64,000 bases of DNA from Nitrosopumilus sp. (GTDB lineage: Archaea; Thermoproteota; Nitrososphaeria; Nitrososphaerales; Nitrosopumilaceae), in the NCBI GenBank assembly GCA_965249555.1, contig OZ252243.1, forward strand, positions 2,144,001-2,208,000, written 5' to 3'. The translations under genes were made by a program, and so were the position numbers. This document shows, one piece after another, positions 28,732 to 41,170 of this stretch; positions within the stretch are counted from its first letter, which is position 1, and each line of letters starts with the position of its first letter. The notes under the pieces were generated by a model, which was not told where the DNA came from, searched no databases, and worked only from the letters and a program-made list of their open reading frames with translations.

Positions 28732-29576
28732 ACCTACTGCCCCTAACATATACTTTAACAATAAATCAAACAAATTACCATCCCTGTTGTATCTCCATTC
28801 CATCTCTCTTGAGGTATGGTAAAAATTTGCCTGGACTCACTCCATGATGCTTGGGCATGTTCTCTTTGGCAAAACTCCAAAAGCCTTCAATTCCGTTAAT
28901 GTACACATCCCCTTTGCCAAACATCCTGCTGTGATCTATTGAGGATGTTTGTATCCATTGAACACAAGCGAGTCATATCCCTTCCATTTCTCAGTGTACA
29001 CAATGCTTCCTTTTCTGACCTTCTTGATGGTACTTGCAAGTAATGTTTTTGCTTTGACGTTATTTACAATCTCAACGTAAACCCTGCCGTTTCTCTCAAA
29101 TTCCAAACACAATGGTCTTGTTTTTGGCACCACGTCCACGATTTTCCTTTTCCTCCAGAATATGCCTAGTCAGTATTAATCTGGCCACGTAGGAACCTTG
29201 TTGGTATCTGCCACTTCTCAAGTATGGAATATCTGGCTGTATCAAGAGATGTATTGTGATTTGTGCATCTGTTCTGCAGTCTTTGCATGCACGGACTAGT
29301 GATTAGTGGGAACCATTTGGAATTCCAATTAATGGGAATTCGGATCTGGAATATGGTTTGAGATCTTTCTGGCATTTTGTGCATCTTTGTTCCTGCCTTT
29401 GGTACAGAAAGTTTTATTTTTGCAAAAAGTACGAAAAGGATTCTTGACGTATCTTGATTCCAGGAATTGTATTAATAATTCATCAGGGATTGTTTTTGCA
29501 AATGATGCAAAGTCAGTCCATTGTTTTTGTGAAATATTCCATAATAATCTTAGGGGTAGTAGATACCCAATCACCT
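28732..29576 (-). mobile_element. Degenerate IS1595-family element
   Basis: Fragmented homolog of 41293..42198 with end ttaggggtagtagatacccaatcacc. Confidence 0.8.
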
Positions 29577-29609
29577 AATTACATATGATTCTCAAATATG
29601 TGACGGAAC

Positions 29610-32600
29610 CTAGTCATTCCAGCTAAGATCAGAGTCATCATATATCATACAGTCACACAGCATCTCCTGGGCCAGCATCTCCTGTATGGATAGTGATTCC
29701 AGCAATGCAGGATCTGATACCCTGTCCAGCCTTAATGGCATATCATATGAGAATGATTCATCCAAGGTTCCCTGAATTGCCTTACTATCAAAGATTAGGG
29801 TTGCCCTGTCCTGCTCATCAATTACCAGATTTGCAAAGTTTGAATGAATTCTAGTCATTACGCTTGTTGGCAGATCATCTCTTTGTTGCATATCAGGTCT
29901 TGTAATCTGCAACCAGGTGCCATAGTCATTTTGTGACCATATGTATCCATATTGGTCCTCCCAGACCTGGTAACGTCTGTCTTGCTGGGTCAGTGATATG
30001 GTCTCAAACGGATTCTGGTTGCCATGCTTTTGTTTTAACTCATGAGTTGCTGCTGCAAGTAATGCTTCACCTGTAAACTCTACACCTTCGTTGATATATG
30101 TGGTAGTAGAGTAACGTTGTTTGTCAACTGCATTAATTGCCAATACTTCATGGGATAATGGTGCCATTATTACAAATGATATGGTAACATCAAAGCACCT
30201 CTCTGCAGTATCTGATGATATGCATTTGACTTTGTCAATGGATGCACCAGTCATCTTCTCATTTACCAGTCCCTCTTTTTGCTCATGGACTATATCTGCA
30301 ATGTCATAGCCTGCAGGACTGGTATAGTTGCTATTTACATTTACTATAATGTGGGACTCTGCATTAGTTTTCAGGCCAATTTCTGGAACTCCAAGGGATA
30401 GGGATACCGACTTTAGGCCATTTGTTGCATAGCCTTTGATGTGGACTGTATTGTCATCACCAATAATGCTGCTAGTCAGATCAAAGTCAGTGTGCCAGTT
30501 GTTTGTAATGGTTAATGGCATGCCATTAAAGACAAAGCCGTCATCAACTAGCTGTACTGCCTGATTATTCCAATGTTTGCCAAAGGTTGGCTTTGTTTTC
30601 CATTCATTAGAATCTCCACCTTTTTTCTTTGGTGTGTCAGAAGGTATACTAGCGATGTCACCAGCTCCACTATCGTTGTCATCAGGATTTTGAGCAGTTA
30701 CTGTAACTGTTCTAGTTACTGTAACTGCAGAGTTTCCAGCCGCATCATCTACATCAAAGGTAACAGTGTAAGTATTAGCTACATTGGGATCAACTGTATC
30801 TACAACAACTACACCACTTGTGATATCCCCATCAGTGTTATCAGTTGCAGCAAAGGTGAATGCTGTGTATGTTTCTCCAAGTTCAATGGAGAATGATTCC
30901 TCATTGACTGTGATAGATGGTGCTGTGGTATCAAATGCTTCAGGTACAGGTTCACATATTTTATTATCTACACCAACACCCTTTACACAAACTTCATTAG
31001 CATCGTTTAGATCGATGATATTAGTATCAGTGATATGAAATTCATTTGATACTACAGTTGGAGTGAAAGTATCAGAATCACTACTACCGTCACTAATAGT
31101 AATAACATATTCATTGGAGATATTAGTTTCTATATTACTCCAGGATACTGTAACGGAATTATCAGCATTTCTTACAGCATCTACAGTTGGTGTTGCAGCT
31201 GTAGTTGCAGTAACCTCGTTAGAAGAAGCACTTGGTCCAACGGAATTTGTAGCTATAATGGTATACTTGTACTCTGTGTCTGCAGTCAGACCAGTATCAG
31301 TGGCAGCCAGTTCGGTGGTTTCTGATAGCACCGTTTCAGCAGGATTGTTTCCAAGGGTTCTGCTCAGGGTGTAGCTGTCGGCATTATCCACTGCAACCCA
31401 TGAAAGTGATATAGTTGTATCAGTGGTAGAGTCTACGACAAGTGCAGGAGTTGCAGGAGCTACTGGGGTATCAAGTGTAATGACTACAGGTAATGATGCA
31501 GTAGATATGTTTGGTCCATCAGATGCTCTTACAGTGAATGAGTTGGGACCTTCAGACAGTGCAACTGCTGCAAATGAGAAAGCACCTGTTCCATCGGCAG
31601 TTGTCGTACCAGCTGGTGTTGCTCCATTGAATAGTGTTATAGTTGTCCCGGCCTCAGCCGTACCATCAATTGTGATTGATGATGTATTGACAGTTGCAGA
31701 TGGCGTGGTAATTGTAGGAACTGGTGGTGGTGTGGTATCAACAGGTGGTACTTCTTCAGACGTTATATTATTATTATCTACAGCACCACCAACGGGATTA
31801 CCCTCAGAAAAACCAAATACACCAATTTCCTCAGCACTATTTGCTTTGTTAAAAAATGAATCATCTTTGGTAATATCATGTGGACTAGTGACAAGGTCAT
31901 CAATTAACTCAGGATCCTCACCTTCGTTAATTGCATAAATATTATAATCGGTACCAGGTATATTGCCCCAAGTTACTGTGATGGTATCAGTATCAGGTCT
32001 TGTAACTGTTACAAATGGTTCAGTTGGTGCAGCAGGTGGAGTTGGTGCTGCAAGTGTAGTTACAGACACGACATTAGAGGCGGCACTGTCTCCAGCTATA
32101 GACACTGCCCTTATGGAATAAGTATAAGTTGTTTCAGGTTCCAAGGTATCATCAGTGTATGATATCCCAGTCCCAGCGACGGGTATCTCAGTTGGTCCTG
32201 TGCCACCTGTTCTGCTCAGCGTATAACCAGTTGCACTAGTCTGCGCATCCCATGAGAGAACTACACTGTTATGAGTAGGGATTGCTGCAGTAAGTGCTGG
32301 GGTGCCAGGTACAGTCGATATGGATTCCCTTGCATATTCATGTCCACCAAATGAGATGACAACATCACCAATAAAGCCATGACCAGTTAGTAGTGCAATA
32401 AATGGGGTGAGACTACCTACCTCATTAGTAATAATAAGCCAGTCCACGCTCGGAGCACCTACTGCTTGAATCACAAATGTGCCTGCTCTTAATGGTACAA
32501 AGGATACAGTTACATCTCCATCATCACGTGCAGTAGCGATAAATGTGCCTGCCTTGATTGCCAGAGTCCTTGCAGACTGGCTTGCAACATCCTTACTGTC

Positions 32601-34512
32601 AAATGAGAGGGTTACATCACCATCAAATTCAAAGCCGACTGTTATTGTTTCCTCTTTTTCTACTGAATCTGATACATCCTCAGCTGAGACAACAACTGTA
32701 TCACTTGACTCACTAGATGTAATCGTGAATGTGCCTTCCTTTAAGGCTGTAAATTTCACAAGTAATGTGTCTGCAGCTGCCGGATTAGTAATCACGAAAG
32801 AGTCTGCCTTGATTGCCGGCGTTTCAACTGGTGCTGCAGTTGTAGATGCTGCAAACTCTGCAGAAGGAGTACTTGTCCCGGCAGCATTTGTTGCCACAAT
32901 GACATACTTGTAATTAGTTGAAGGAGTCAGGTTCCTATCTGTGGCAGACAATATATCGCCTGATTCCACCACTACATTAGCACCGCCATCAACAATTCTG
33001 GTTAAAGTGTAAGTTTCGGCATTCTCCACTGCACCCCATGCGAGCTCTATGGTATTATGAGTATTAGATGCAATACCAAGTGCGGGAGTAGCAGGTGGAG
33101 GTGGTGCAGGTCCAGTCGTTACATGTGCCCTTGCAACTTCAACTATATCAGATACTCTTTCTCTAAAGGAAATGATGACATTTTCATCAAAACCATAACC
33201 TATCGTTATTGTGGGTACAGATTTACGTGCATCTGTCTCACTACCACTAACAGATACAGTTACAGTTGCAATACGGGGATTATCATAATCAATAAAATAT
33301 GTACCGGCTTTTAGCGGTACAAAAGATATATCTATTTGATCGTCTCTGGAAGCATTCTTTTCAATAATAATAGTGGTGGCAAGGATTGCCGTCTGACTAC
33401 CTGTATAAGTTGGTGTTGCGGCACTAAAAGAGGCCGGTGCAGATGTGGTAGATACTTTAAAAAAAGCAGAGTCTGCTGTCTGGCCTACACTATTGCGTGC
33501 TATGACACGAAAAGTGTACTCTGTATCAGGAGTTAAACCATAATCAAGGAATGATGTATCAGCAGTAGTTCCTCGGTTCAAGCCGTCTCTATACACTGTG
33601 TATGATGAGGCACCATCCACCACACCCCATGTAATCTCAATGTTTGTCGAAAAGATCTCTCCTTGTACAATTATAGGAGGTTGAAGTTCAGTAGATATAT
33701 CCAGCGTATTAGACGGACCACTTTCCTGGCTATCAGAATTAAGTGATGTGACATGATAAGTGTAGGTTCCTGGAGTCAGAGCAGTTTCAGTGTATGATGT
33801 ATCGCTGGTAGTTGTTATGAGGGCATCACCTCTATACAGCCTGTATTGCTCGGCACCGTCTTCACGAGTCCATGTAACCTCAATGCTTGTTTCAGTGGTG
33901 CTTCCTTTGCTAATTGTAGGCGGTTCAGGTGCAGTTCTTACGGTTTTAGTGTCAAGTCTACTATCACCAAAAGAGAGTGTGACTGCACCATCATAATAAT
34001 ACCCGATTGATACTATAGTACTTGAGACACTTGTATCGCCAGGTGCAATGGTGACAGTTTTCTCACCTCCAATATAACCGATTATAAAATCGCCGGATAC
34101 CAGTGGCTTGAATGTTACAGTCACTGTATCAAGATTAGGTATGACATCAAAAGAGCCTGCCTCAATTGGAGCGGCTCCGGTTGTAGATACATCAATACTA
34201 TCAGACATCTGAGTGCCAAGAAGAAAGTGATGTCTTGTGACATGATATGTGTAATCTGTTCCAGAAGGCAGTCCATCATCAGTGTATGTGGTATCAGAAG
34301 TAGTGCCTATGCTAATATCATCTCGATAAACATTATAATCACTACTACCAAGTAATTCATCCCATTCAATCGTAATGGATGTTGCAGTGGGTTCCCCTAC
34401 TATTCTAATGTCACTGGGACTGGCACTTTGAGCCTCTGCACTTGCAAGAAGTGATATGGCAAACAGGACAACCCCCCCCCCCCACTAACGCATTAAATAA
34501 CATTTTATTCAT
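29610..34512 (-). CDS. Large fibronectin type III/Ig-like surface protein; signal peptide out of frame at a G12 tract
   Basis: Multiple FN3 repeats (W..Y..L.P.T.Y), a DUF5011-like domain; the frame extends upstream of 34208 to the poly-G, and ATG 34512 is 1 nt out of frame. Confidence 0.85.
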
Positions 34513-34899
34513 ATTGTATCAGAAATAATTTGTGGTTATAAAAGGTTTACAGGTTGATTTTTTAAGCTTGTAATTTGACAATCGTGAGTAATTTGGGCAT
34601 ATGCTCAGATATGGAGATGTGTAAAGTTTTGTAAAATGAGATTCAGGGGATCTCATTTTGATCGTATTTTTCACAGTGGAATGCCAATGCCTAAAAATGG
34701 TGATTGGGCATCATACCCCCATACACTTGCAATGGATCAAACGAATTAGTTTCTGTATTCCACCTTCGGCGTATGGTAAAAATTTGCCCGGGCTCACTCC
34801 ATGATGCTTGGGCCTGGCAACTTTAGTTGAATCTCCCCATGCAACTAGATTCCATAATCTGCACAAAAATTCTTACAAACTTCTAATTTCTTTAGTACA

Positions 34900-35260
34900 C
34901 TAATTGATAGGTGATTTAGATAATCTTACCTGCACACAAATTTTTGGATCATCAAGACCTAGTGGACCAGAACCTGCCAAGATATCCGCACCCCCATCAG
35001 GCGGAGCTTGTATTCAATGCAGACAGAGAGATTGGGAAGGACCAGAACCTGCCAAGATATCCGCACCCCCATCAGGCGGAGCTTGTATTCAATGCAGACA
35101 GAGAGATTGGGAAGGACCAGAACCTGCCAAGATATCCGCACCCCCATCAGGTCCAGGAGAGGAAATTTTAGTAGCATATCCTTGAACTTTTAAAATCTTA
35201 TCAATTAATCGAGATAAATCATGTACAAGGAAATTTATTTCCAAATGTTTCATAGTTTGA
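34900..35260 (-). pseudogene. Mrr-like restriction endonuclease fragment interrupted by repeats
   Basis: ILKVQGYATKISSPGPDGGADILAGSGP..LGLDDPKICVQV. Confidence 0.7.
34964..35151. repeat. 75-bp tandem repeat: 38-bp unit x3 separated by a 37-bp insert x2
   Basis: Exact repeats at 34964, 35039 and 35114. Confidence 0.95.
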
Positions 35261-35668
35261 TCTTTTGAAAAAGCAGTGATACATTTGACAATTGATGAGA
35301 TGGAAGAATCTCTCAAGTAATTATCAACAAAAAAATAAGGAGACAGATGAGAAAGATACAAAAAGAGACAGCCAGAGAAATAGCATCAAACATCATAAAC
35401 AATCCATCTTCAAAAGAAATTGAAACATTGGTCAAAAAAAAGAATTAACTAATTAAGAATACCACTTGCAGAATAAATTAAAGAATTTGCTCTTCTAATT
35501 TTTGAACTGATTTTTTAATCACGTCAGAACATTTTTTTGCATAGGCGATAATATTGGAGAATTATCACGATACAATAGTGCAACAAAATACTTTGGCTAA
35601 AGCCTCAATTTTTGGTTCAATGGTAATCTGAAATAAACGATCACCATGAAGAGGGTCATTTTTACTGA

Positions 35669-36127
35669 CTAAATCCAGCCCCCTTTTGGAATCAATTCAT
35701 GTCCGGTGACAGTTTCAAAATTAGGAATCATATCAAAATTAGAATGCCTGTTTTTTATAACATCATGAGCGTTTTTTTCACTGTAATAATTAGACACATA
35801 TTCAAGTTCATAAAATCTCACATGTTCGGATAAGTTAGTTTGGTATTCTCCATCAGACAATGAAAAAAAATCTTTTTGAGAGGTAATTATTTTTTCAAAA
35901 GTCCTAAAAGCCAAACACTAATCGAGAACTATCGATATAGTATTGTCCGATCTACCAGCATTGATTTGCAGAGTACTGATATGTTCAATATCTCTGTAAC
36001 CCAATTTTTTTAACATTCCATATATAGTGTTAAAATAAAGCGGTAAGAATAATCGTTTTAATCTTATCCAAAGTCTAACTTTTATCACTTTTTCATTTTC
36101 AAAATTTGGTGTTTTGATTTTTGCCAT
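35669..36127 (-). other. Two short hypothetical ORFs, possibly one split gene
   Basis: 35918..36127 and 35669..35914 are in the same frame, separated by a stop. Confidence 0.35.
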
Positions 36128-36135
36128 TTAATTCA

Positions 36136-36603
36136 CTAGGTAGCTTCAACTTTTTGGGATTTAAATTTATTAGAATTTAATGTGGTCTTGTGATAATCTA
36201 CATTATGAGCTAAGGTTACAGAATTTTTGAGCGATTCATCGGTACTAGATTCAGTGTATTTACTATTAGAATTGTTGAAACTAATATCCAATATAGCATG
36301 TAATAGAGATTCAGCAATGCCAGTGACATCATAATATGAGGATACCCGATTATTGTTTTTTTCATAAAAATTCTGGATCAAATTACCTTCTTGTAAAATT
36401 GATAAATGATTAGACAAGCTACTAGAATTCATCTCAAATTTAGTTTTCATTTCTGTAAATGTCATTTTACCTTGATCGAGCATAGCAGCGACAAGACCCA
36501 ATCTACCATCATCATCAGGTCCACGTAATGTGGCCCTTACTTCAATCGGAATTCGTTTCGCATATGATTCCAAAACATAATGGTTCAAAATTATGTACCT
36601 CAA
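36136..36603 (-). CDS. ArsR-like winged-helix regulator
   Basis: MTFTEMK..MNSSSLSNHLSILQEGNLI..YYDVT. Confidence 0.75.
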   Translation of the reverse strand: MRYIILNHYVLESYAKRIPIEVRATLRGPDDDGRLGLVAAMLDQGKMTFTEMKTKFEMNSSSLSNHLSILQEGNLIQNFYEKNNNRVSSYYDVTGIAESLLHAILDISFNNSNSKYTESSTDESLKNSVTLAHNVDYHKTTLNSNKFKSQKVEAT

Positions 36604-36951
36604 TTCAATAATCTGTACCTCTAATATACATTATTTTGTGATGAAATATGGGAATGGGAAGCAGATGGGAACAGTTCAACAATCGAATTAATGATGAATT
36701 TGAAGAATTAAAGAAACGCATTACAATTACGATATATGGATCATATCAGCCAGCAGAAGAAAAAGAAGTATTGTTAGCCTTAAAAAAAATATTTGGTAGA
36801 GCAAGGACTTTTTGACAGATAATCCAGATGTTAGACTGATTTGGCTACCAAAAGGACCCACCATATCTAAACATGATAGAGCAGTGTTGGAAAATAAGCA
36901 TGTGTTGTTGGTATCAGAATATTATGCAATGTTTACAATGATGAATAATGC

Positions 36952-37153
36952 AGTGTCACAATACTTTGGAACAAAAAAATTCAAACTTGATGTTGTTAAT
37001 TATATTTTTAGAAATACTGCAAAGATGTTCACGAACTTTTGATCGTCGCTATAGTGTCACAATACTTTGGAACAAAAAAATTCAAACTTGATGTTGTTAA
37101 TTATATTTTTAGAAATACTGCAAAGATGTTCACGAACTTTTGATCGTCGCTAT
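36952..37153. repeat. 101-bp tandem duplication
   Basis: 36952-37052 is repeated at 37053-37153. Confidence 0.9.
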
Positions 37154-37520
37154 ACATCACCGAGACTGTATTCCTGCTTATCTGTAGTGATATACACCAA
37201 TTCATTTTTGTCTTGCTGTGGTATTGGTTTTACTGTCGCAGGTTGTGATTTTTTAGATTCTAACAACTCTATTTTCTCTCTTAACTCTAAATTTTTATTT
37301 TCTAACTCTGAAACTCTAGGTTCATTAACTTGAATGATGTTGGATTAGATCAGAAACTCTAACGCTTCAATAAACTCTTGGTCGGTTATCTTATCCTCTG
37401 CCCAAAATCAAGCTATACCTTTGATCCATGATGGGATCGTATCGTTTTGAGAGTATGCAAAACTAATGCTAGAGAAAATTATTGTTAATACCAATAATGG
37501 AAAAATAAATTTTTTATTCA
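37150..37520 (-). pseudogene. Remnant of a secreted protein with thaumarchaeal IPxWIK domain
   Basis: IPSWIKGIA..WAEDKITDQEFIEALEFLI with a broken frame. Confidence 0.55.
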
Positions 37521-38326
37521 ATTTTCAGATTTGTCTTACATCATAAAGGTCAAATGTAATATCTTTGGTTCCTAAAACAGCTTGAAACACAATATTATCA
37601 TCAATGGCTATTTGCATTACACTATCTGTTAGAAAACCACCGCCTAATTCTTTTACTTCTAAATTAATTTGTCTAAAATGAGCAATCATATTGTTTATGT
37701 TGGCTTGTATAACTGGATGTAAAGAGAAAAGAGAGCATTGTATCTTTCCGTAAATCTGTCAACCATGCTTTAAGTTTTTCTTGTTAACTATATATTTTTT
37801 CCAAATATTCTTTATAGGTTGAAAATTCTACAGTTTTGATACTGCCATCTGCTAACCCATTTAACAAATTGTCTTTTGCTTTGGTTAATTGCTCAGTGGT
37901 CATTTAATTAGTAAAATTAAAAGTGTGTTAAATAGATTACTATGGTTAGATTTGATAAACAGTATTTTTTTTATTAAGTGTATATTTTAAGCGATCATCA
38001 ATCCCATATCTATGACTAATTTCTTCCTTGAACCACAAATTTTATCTTTTCAGGAATGCTAAAAGAGAGGAGAGAATTTGTACAGAATTACAGTTAGGAC
38101 TGCAAGTCGCGTTTTGTATGTTGAGGGACAGGCCTCGGTTGATAACTGCGGATAGGTTCTAACGAAGGGATGAAGATAGCATTGAGGAAGAAGCCTCGTA
38201 TGGATACATGTCCGTCATCTTTTGATTGAAAGCATTCCCTAGCGAAGGCTATGCCTCGGGATGCAAAAAAGTAGGAAATGTTTAAAAACAATTCACATGG
38301 ATACATACAATAAATAATGTTAATAC

Positions 38327-38740
38327 ATGGAAGATGGAAAAATAGCTATTACAAACAAGATTGAAGATATACAAATAAACCTTAAAAGTGCCAATTATTC
38401 TGTATGTAGTAAAATTTCTCACAATTTAGTGAATTTTGCATGTAATCTAGAATTAGAAGAAGAGACATTCATAAGTGAAATTTTAGAAAATGTATTTAGT
38501 AATTTGATAGACTTGTATAATTATGAAATTCCAAAAGAAGTCAAAGAAAAAATAAATTTAGACATATCTGAAAAAATTCGATTTATAGCAGAGGCATACA
38601 ATGCAAAAGATCCTAATCAACTATATGAACGTCTAAAACAATTGCGTTATATTACAACACAGCATCAATTGAATGTGTGGCAAAATTATGATGTTTCATC
38701 AAAACTTCCACGACATATGATGAAATGGAAGGAGGAATAA
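38327..38740 (+). CDS. Hypothetical helical protein
   Basis: ORF in an operon with the next gene. Confidence 0.6.
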   Translation: MEDGKIAITNKIEDIQINLKSANYSVCSKISHNLVNFACNLELEEETFISEILENVFSNLIDLYNYEIPKEVKEKINLDISEKIRFIAEAYNAKDPNQLYERLKQLRYITTQHQLNVWQNYDVSSKLPRHMMKWKEE

Positions 38741-38743
38741 AAC

Positions 38744-39151
38744 ATGAAACGAATATCTACTGATAAAACTGAAATAGTACTTGAACAGAATACGTATACA
38801 TTGGAATACATAAAAAAAGCATTTCAAAATACTCCACATGTTGATTCAGATTACTTTAGATATCTAGGAATTGAATTATGTGGTTTGATGGAAAGAGTAT
38901 TAAAAGATAATGATAAAAAACAGCAAATGTTAGAAAGTTATGGTCTAGTTCAAATACAAGAAATTACAGATGAGAACAATTTTGATTTGGATAAAGAAAG
39001 TGTTAGGAAAATAATATTAAAAGAAATTAGTATGGGTCAAATTTTTTATCCAAGTGATATATGTAACAAGCATAATTTAGACTTGGAAATGGTAATGATT
39101 GTAATTAACGAATTAAGAGAAAGCGGACAAATTATTAATAAACCCAAATAG
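38744..39151 (+). CDS. Hypothetical protein with C-terminal winged helix
   Basis: FYPSDICNKHNLDLEMVMIVINELRESGQI. Confidence 0.65.
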   Translation: MKRISTDKTEIVLEQNTYTLEYIKKAFQNTPHVDSDYFRYLGIELCGLMERVLKDNDKKQQMLESYGLVQIQEITDENNFDLDKESVRKIILKEISMGQIFYPSDICNKHNLDLEMVMIVINELRESGQIINKPK

Positions 39152-39154
39152 TAG

Positions 39155-40617
39155 GTATGTATTAAGCACTTAGATGTATTTTGCCATCTCAGAGAACATG
39201 TTCAATTCCCTTATTCTCCATGTCTCAAAGCATGTGAGAAAGACTGAGATCATCCTCATGCCCTGATCACTCTTCATCTGCCCGCGAACATTCCTCTGCA
39301 TCACGCACTTTCGAATGGAATTCTCTGCATCATTGTTAGTTGACGGGACATCGCCATCCATGACAAACGTAAACATGCTGTTCCTTGCAGTCTTTAGCTT
39401 CTTGCCAAACTGAACCATCTCCGTATCGCCTTTCAAATATCGTGCAATGATACGGTCCAGCTGTTTTAGTAAATCATTCCTGTACGTTTCCCGCCGTTTT
39501 GTATGACGATTACCTACACTCCAAACCCTGGCATGACCTAGCATATCTGAGAGTTTCTCATATAGGATCCGGGCCTTTTTGTCCTGTGATTTTATTGCCA
39601 GATATTTGGCATCGCGCTGCAGGTGTGCGGTGCATCTCTGCTTTGTGTTATCACAAAATACTGTCCTGTACGGAGCATATCCGTCAGACACTAGGGTTCC
39701 TTTGAATTTCTTCCAGTACTTTTTTAGAACATTGGCACCTCTGCTGTACTCCAAGGCATACTGTGCACTAGTCTTGCTTCTTGCAACCCACATCCATCCA
39801 TTATTTCCATCAATTGAAAATCCTGTCTCATCGATTCCGAGAATCTTTTCAGTCACGATTTCGCTGTGGATTGTATTGTAAAATGACTCTAACATCACAC
39901 TACCGTTGCGAAGAATGGATTGTACGGTTGTATTGCTGATTTCTAATCCATATCTTTCATAGAGTGTGGTTCTGATGGTATCGTATGGCATTCTCTTTGA
40001 GAACAGTGAGACTACCTCACGTATCACTGAACCATCAAAACATCCATGCTGTGGAAGGTTTCCTGTGGTTTGAAAATTATCAGAACAGTTCATGCAGATG
40101 TATTGATTCAAAACATGCTCAGTTATACCGTAGGGTGTTGGTGGAGGAATCTCAACCATTGTCCTTTTGCAGGTTTTGGTTTGATGAATATTTTCACTGC
40201 CGCATTTAGGACATGCATCTGATTTGTGGTGTTTGGTGCTAGTTGGTCTGAATTTCTGTGTATTGCCCTTGTGTCCTGCTATTCCACCACGTCTTAGTTC
40301 ACCTGACTGTCTGTGTTGTCTTTTTTGCTTTCTCCATTCAAGGGAATTCTTTGATGGCGGAGAGTGCGCATTCTCATAATATGACAGCTTTTTTTGCAGT
40401 TCCTTGTTTGATTCTATGAGATTCTCTATGATTAGTTTTTGTTGTTTTGACTCTTCTTGTAGTTGTTTTATCTCTTCTTGCTGTTGTTTCATCCCTTCTT
40501 GTAATTGTATGATGATTTTCTCATGATCACAATCTGGCATGTGTTGTGTGATGATTTAGTTGATCTTAGATCTTTTTGTGTAATGATATTGATTTGTGCG
40601 TGAAGGTTGATACATAC
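39155..40617 (-). mobile_element. IS66-family element, single ORF (transposase 39170..40540)
   Basis: NAHSPPS, CPKC zinc finger, IDETG, LVSDGY, QRCTAHL.R, TNNDAE..R; ends gtatgtattaa and ttgatacatac; no target duplication. Confidence 0.95.
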
Positions 40618-40643
40618 GAAAAAGCAAAGGATCTCATCATGTT

Positions 40644-41010
40644 TTGTTCATTGGAATGATTACAAAACAAATAAAAATCCCTAGCAAGATTCTATGTGAG
40701 TCATTTCTTGTTGGTGTTTTGTATCTGGCTGGAACACTATATCTGTATGAGAATGCAGTGAGACGGGGATTACCATATGTCCATTCAGCTGTTCTGATGG
40801 TTCAGTTATTCATCATAAAGTCATGGATGAGAATTCCAAGTGACAGCACACTGCATTATTTTCTCTCAATCAAATGTACCAATGACAAATTACTCAAGGT
40901 TTGCAGGTTAAATCCCTGACAGAAGGACAATTGACAGAAGATTTCAATGCTTGCCAATCAATGAAATTATTAGCACTGTAGGATGTTTGTTTGTCCCAGA
41001 AGGATGCCAG
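40644..41010 (+). pseudogene. Transposase N-terminal remnant (IS4/IS5-like)
   Basis: RRGLPYVHS...PDRRTIDRRF across a frameshift. Confidence 0.5.
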
Positions 41011-41020
41011 ATTAATAGTG

Positions 41021-41091
41021 TGGACTGACGGGGAATCGAACCCCGACCTACCTTATCTTACGAGGCAATTCTACCTTTAAACTATCAGCCC
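41021..41091 (-). ncRNA. tRNA-like gene 1 (aberrant anticodon arm, nominal AAG)
   Basis: GGGCTGA/TCAGTCC acceptor, TAGTTTAAAGGTAGAAT D-arm, CGGGG-TTCGATT-CCCCG T-arm, 4-bp anticodon stem with a 9-nt loop. Confidence 0.85.
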
Positions 41092-41124
41092 ACAAAGATT
41101 TTATAGTAATCCAAAATAAGAATA

Positions 41125-41170
41125 TTATCTTACGAGGCTAAAGGCTATCATTAAACTAGCCTATTTTTTT
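41125..41170 (+). ncRNA. Putative small antisense RNA 1
   Basis: TTTTATA ~25 nt upstream; 14 nt complementary to the tRNA-like anticodon arm; AGGCTA/TAGCCT hairpin followed by T7. Confidence 0.55.

Noticed and set aside
34964-35151. CRISPR array
   Set aside because: The two spacers are identical, the repeat is part of a protein-coding gene, and there are no cas genes or leader.
38193-38206. gcctcgtatggata as a target of tRNA-mimic 1 (gcctcgtaagata)
   Set aside because: Only an 8-nt exact match, with no equivalent for module 2; likely chance.
41021-41091. Ordinary tRNA-Leu(AAG), and tRNA-Phe(GAA) at 50433
   Set aside because: 31-39 mismatch, G32, short variable loop and a shared scaffold with different anticodons are atypical, so annotated as tRNA-like.
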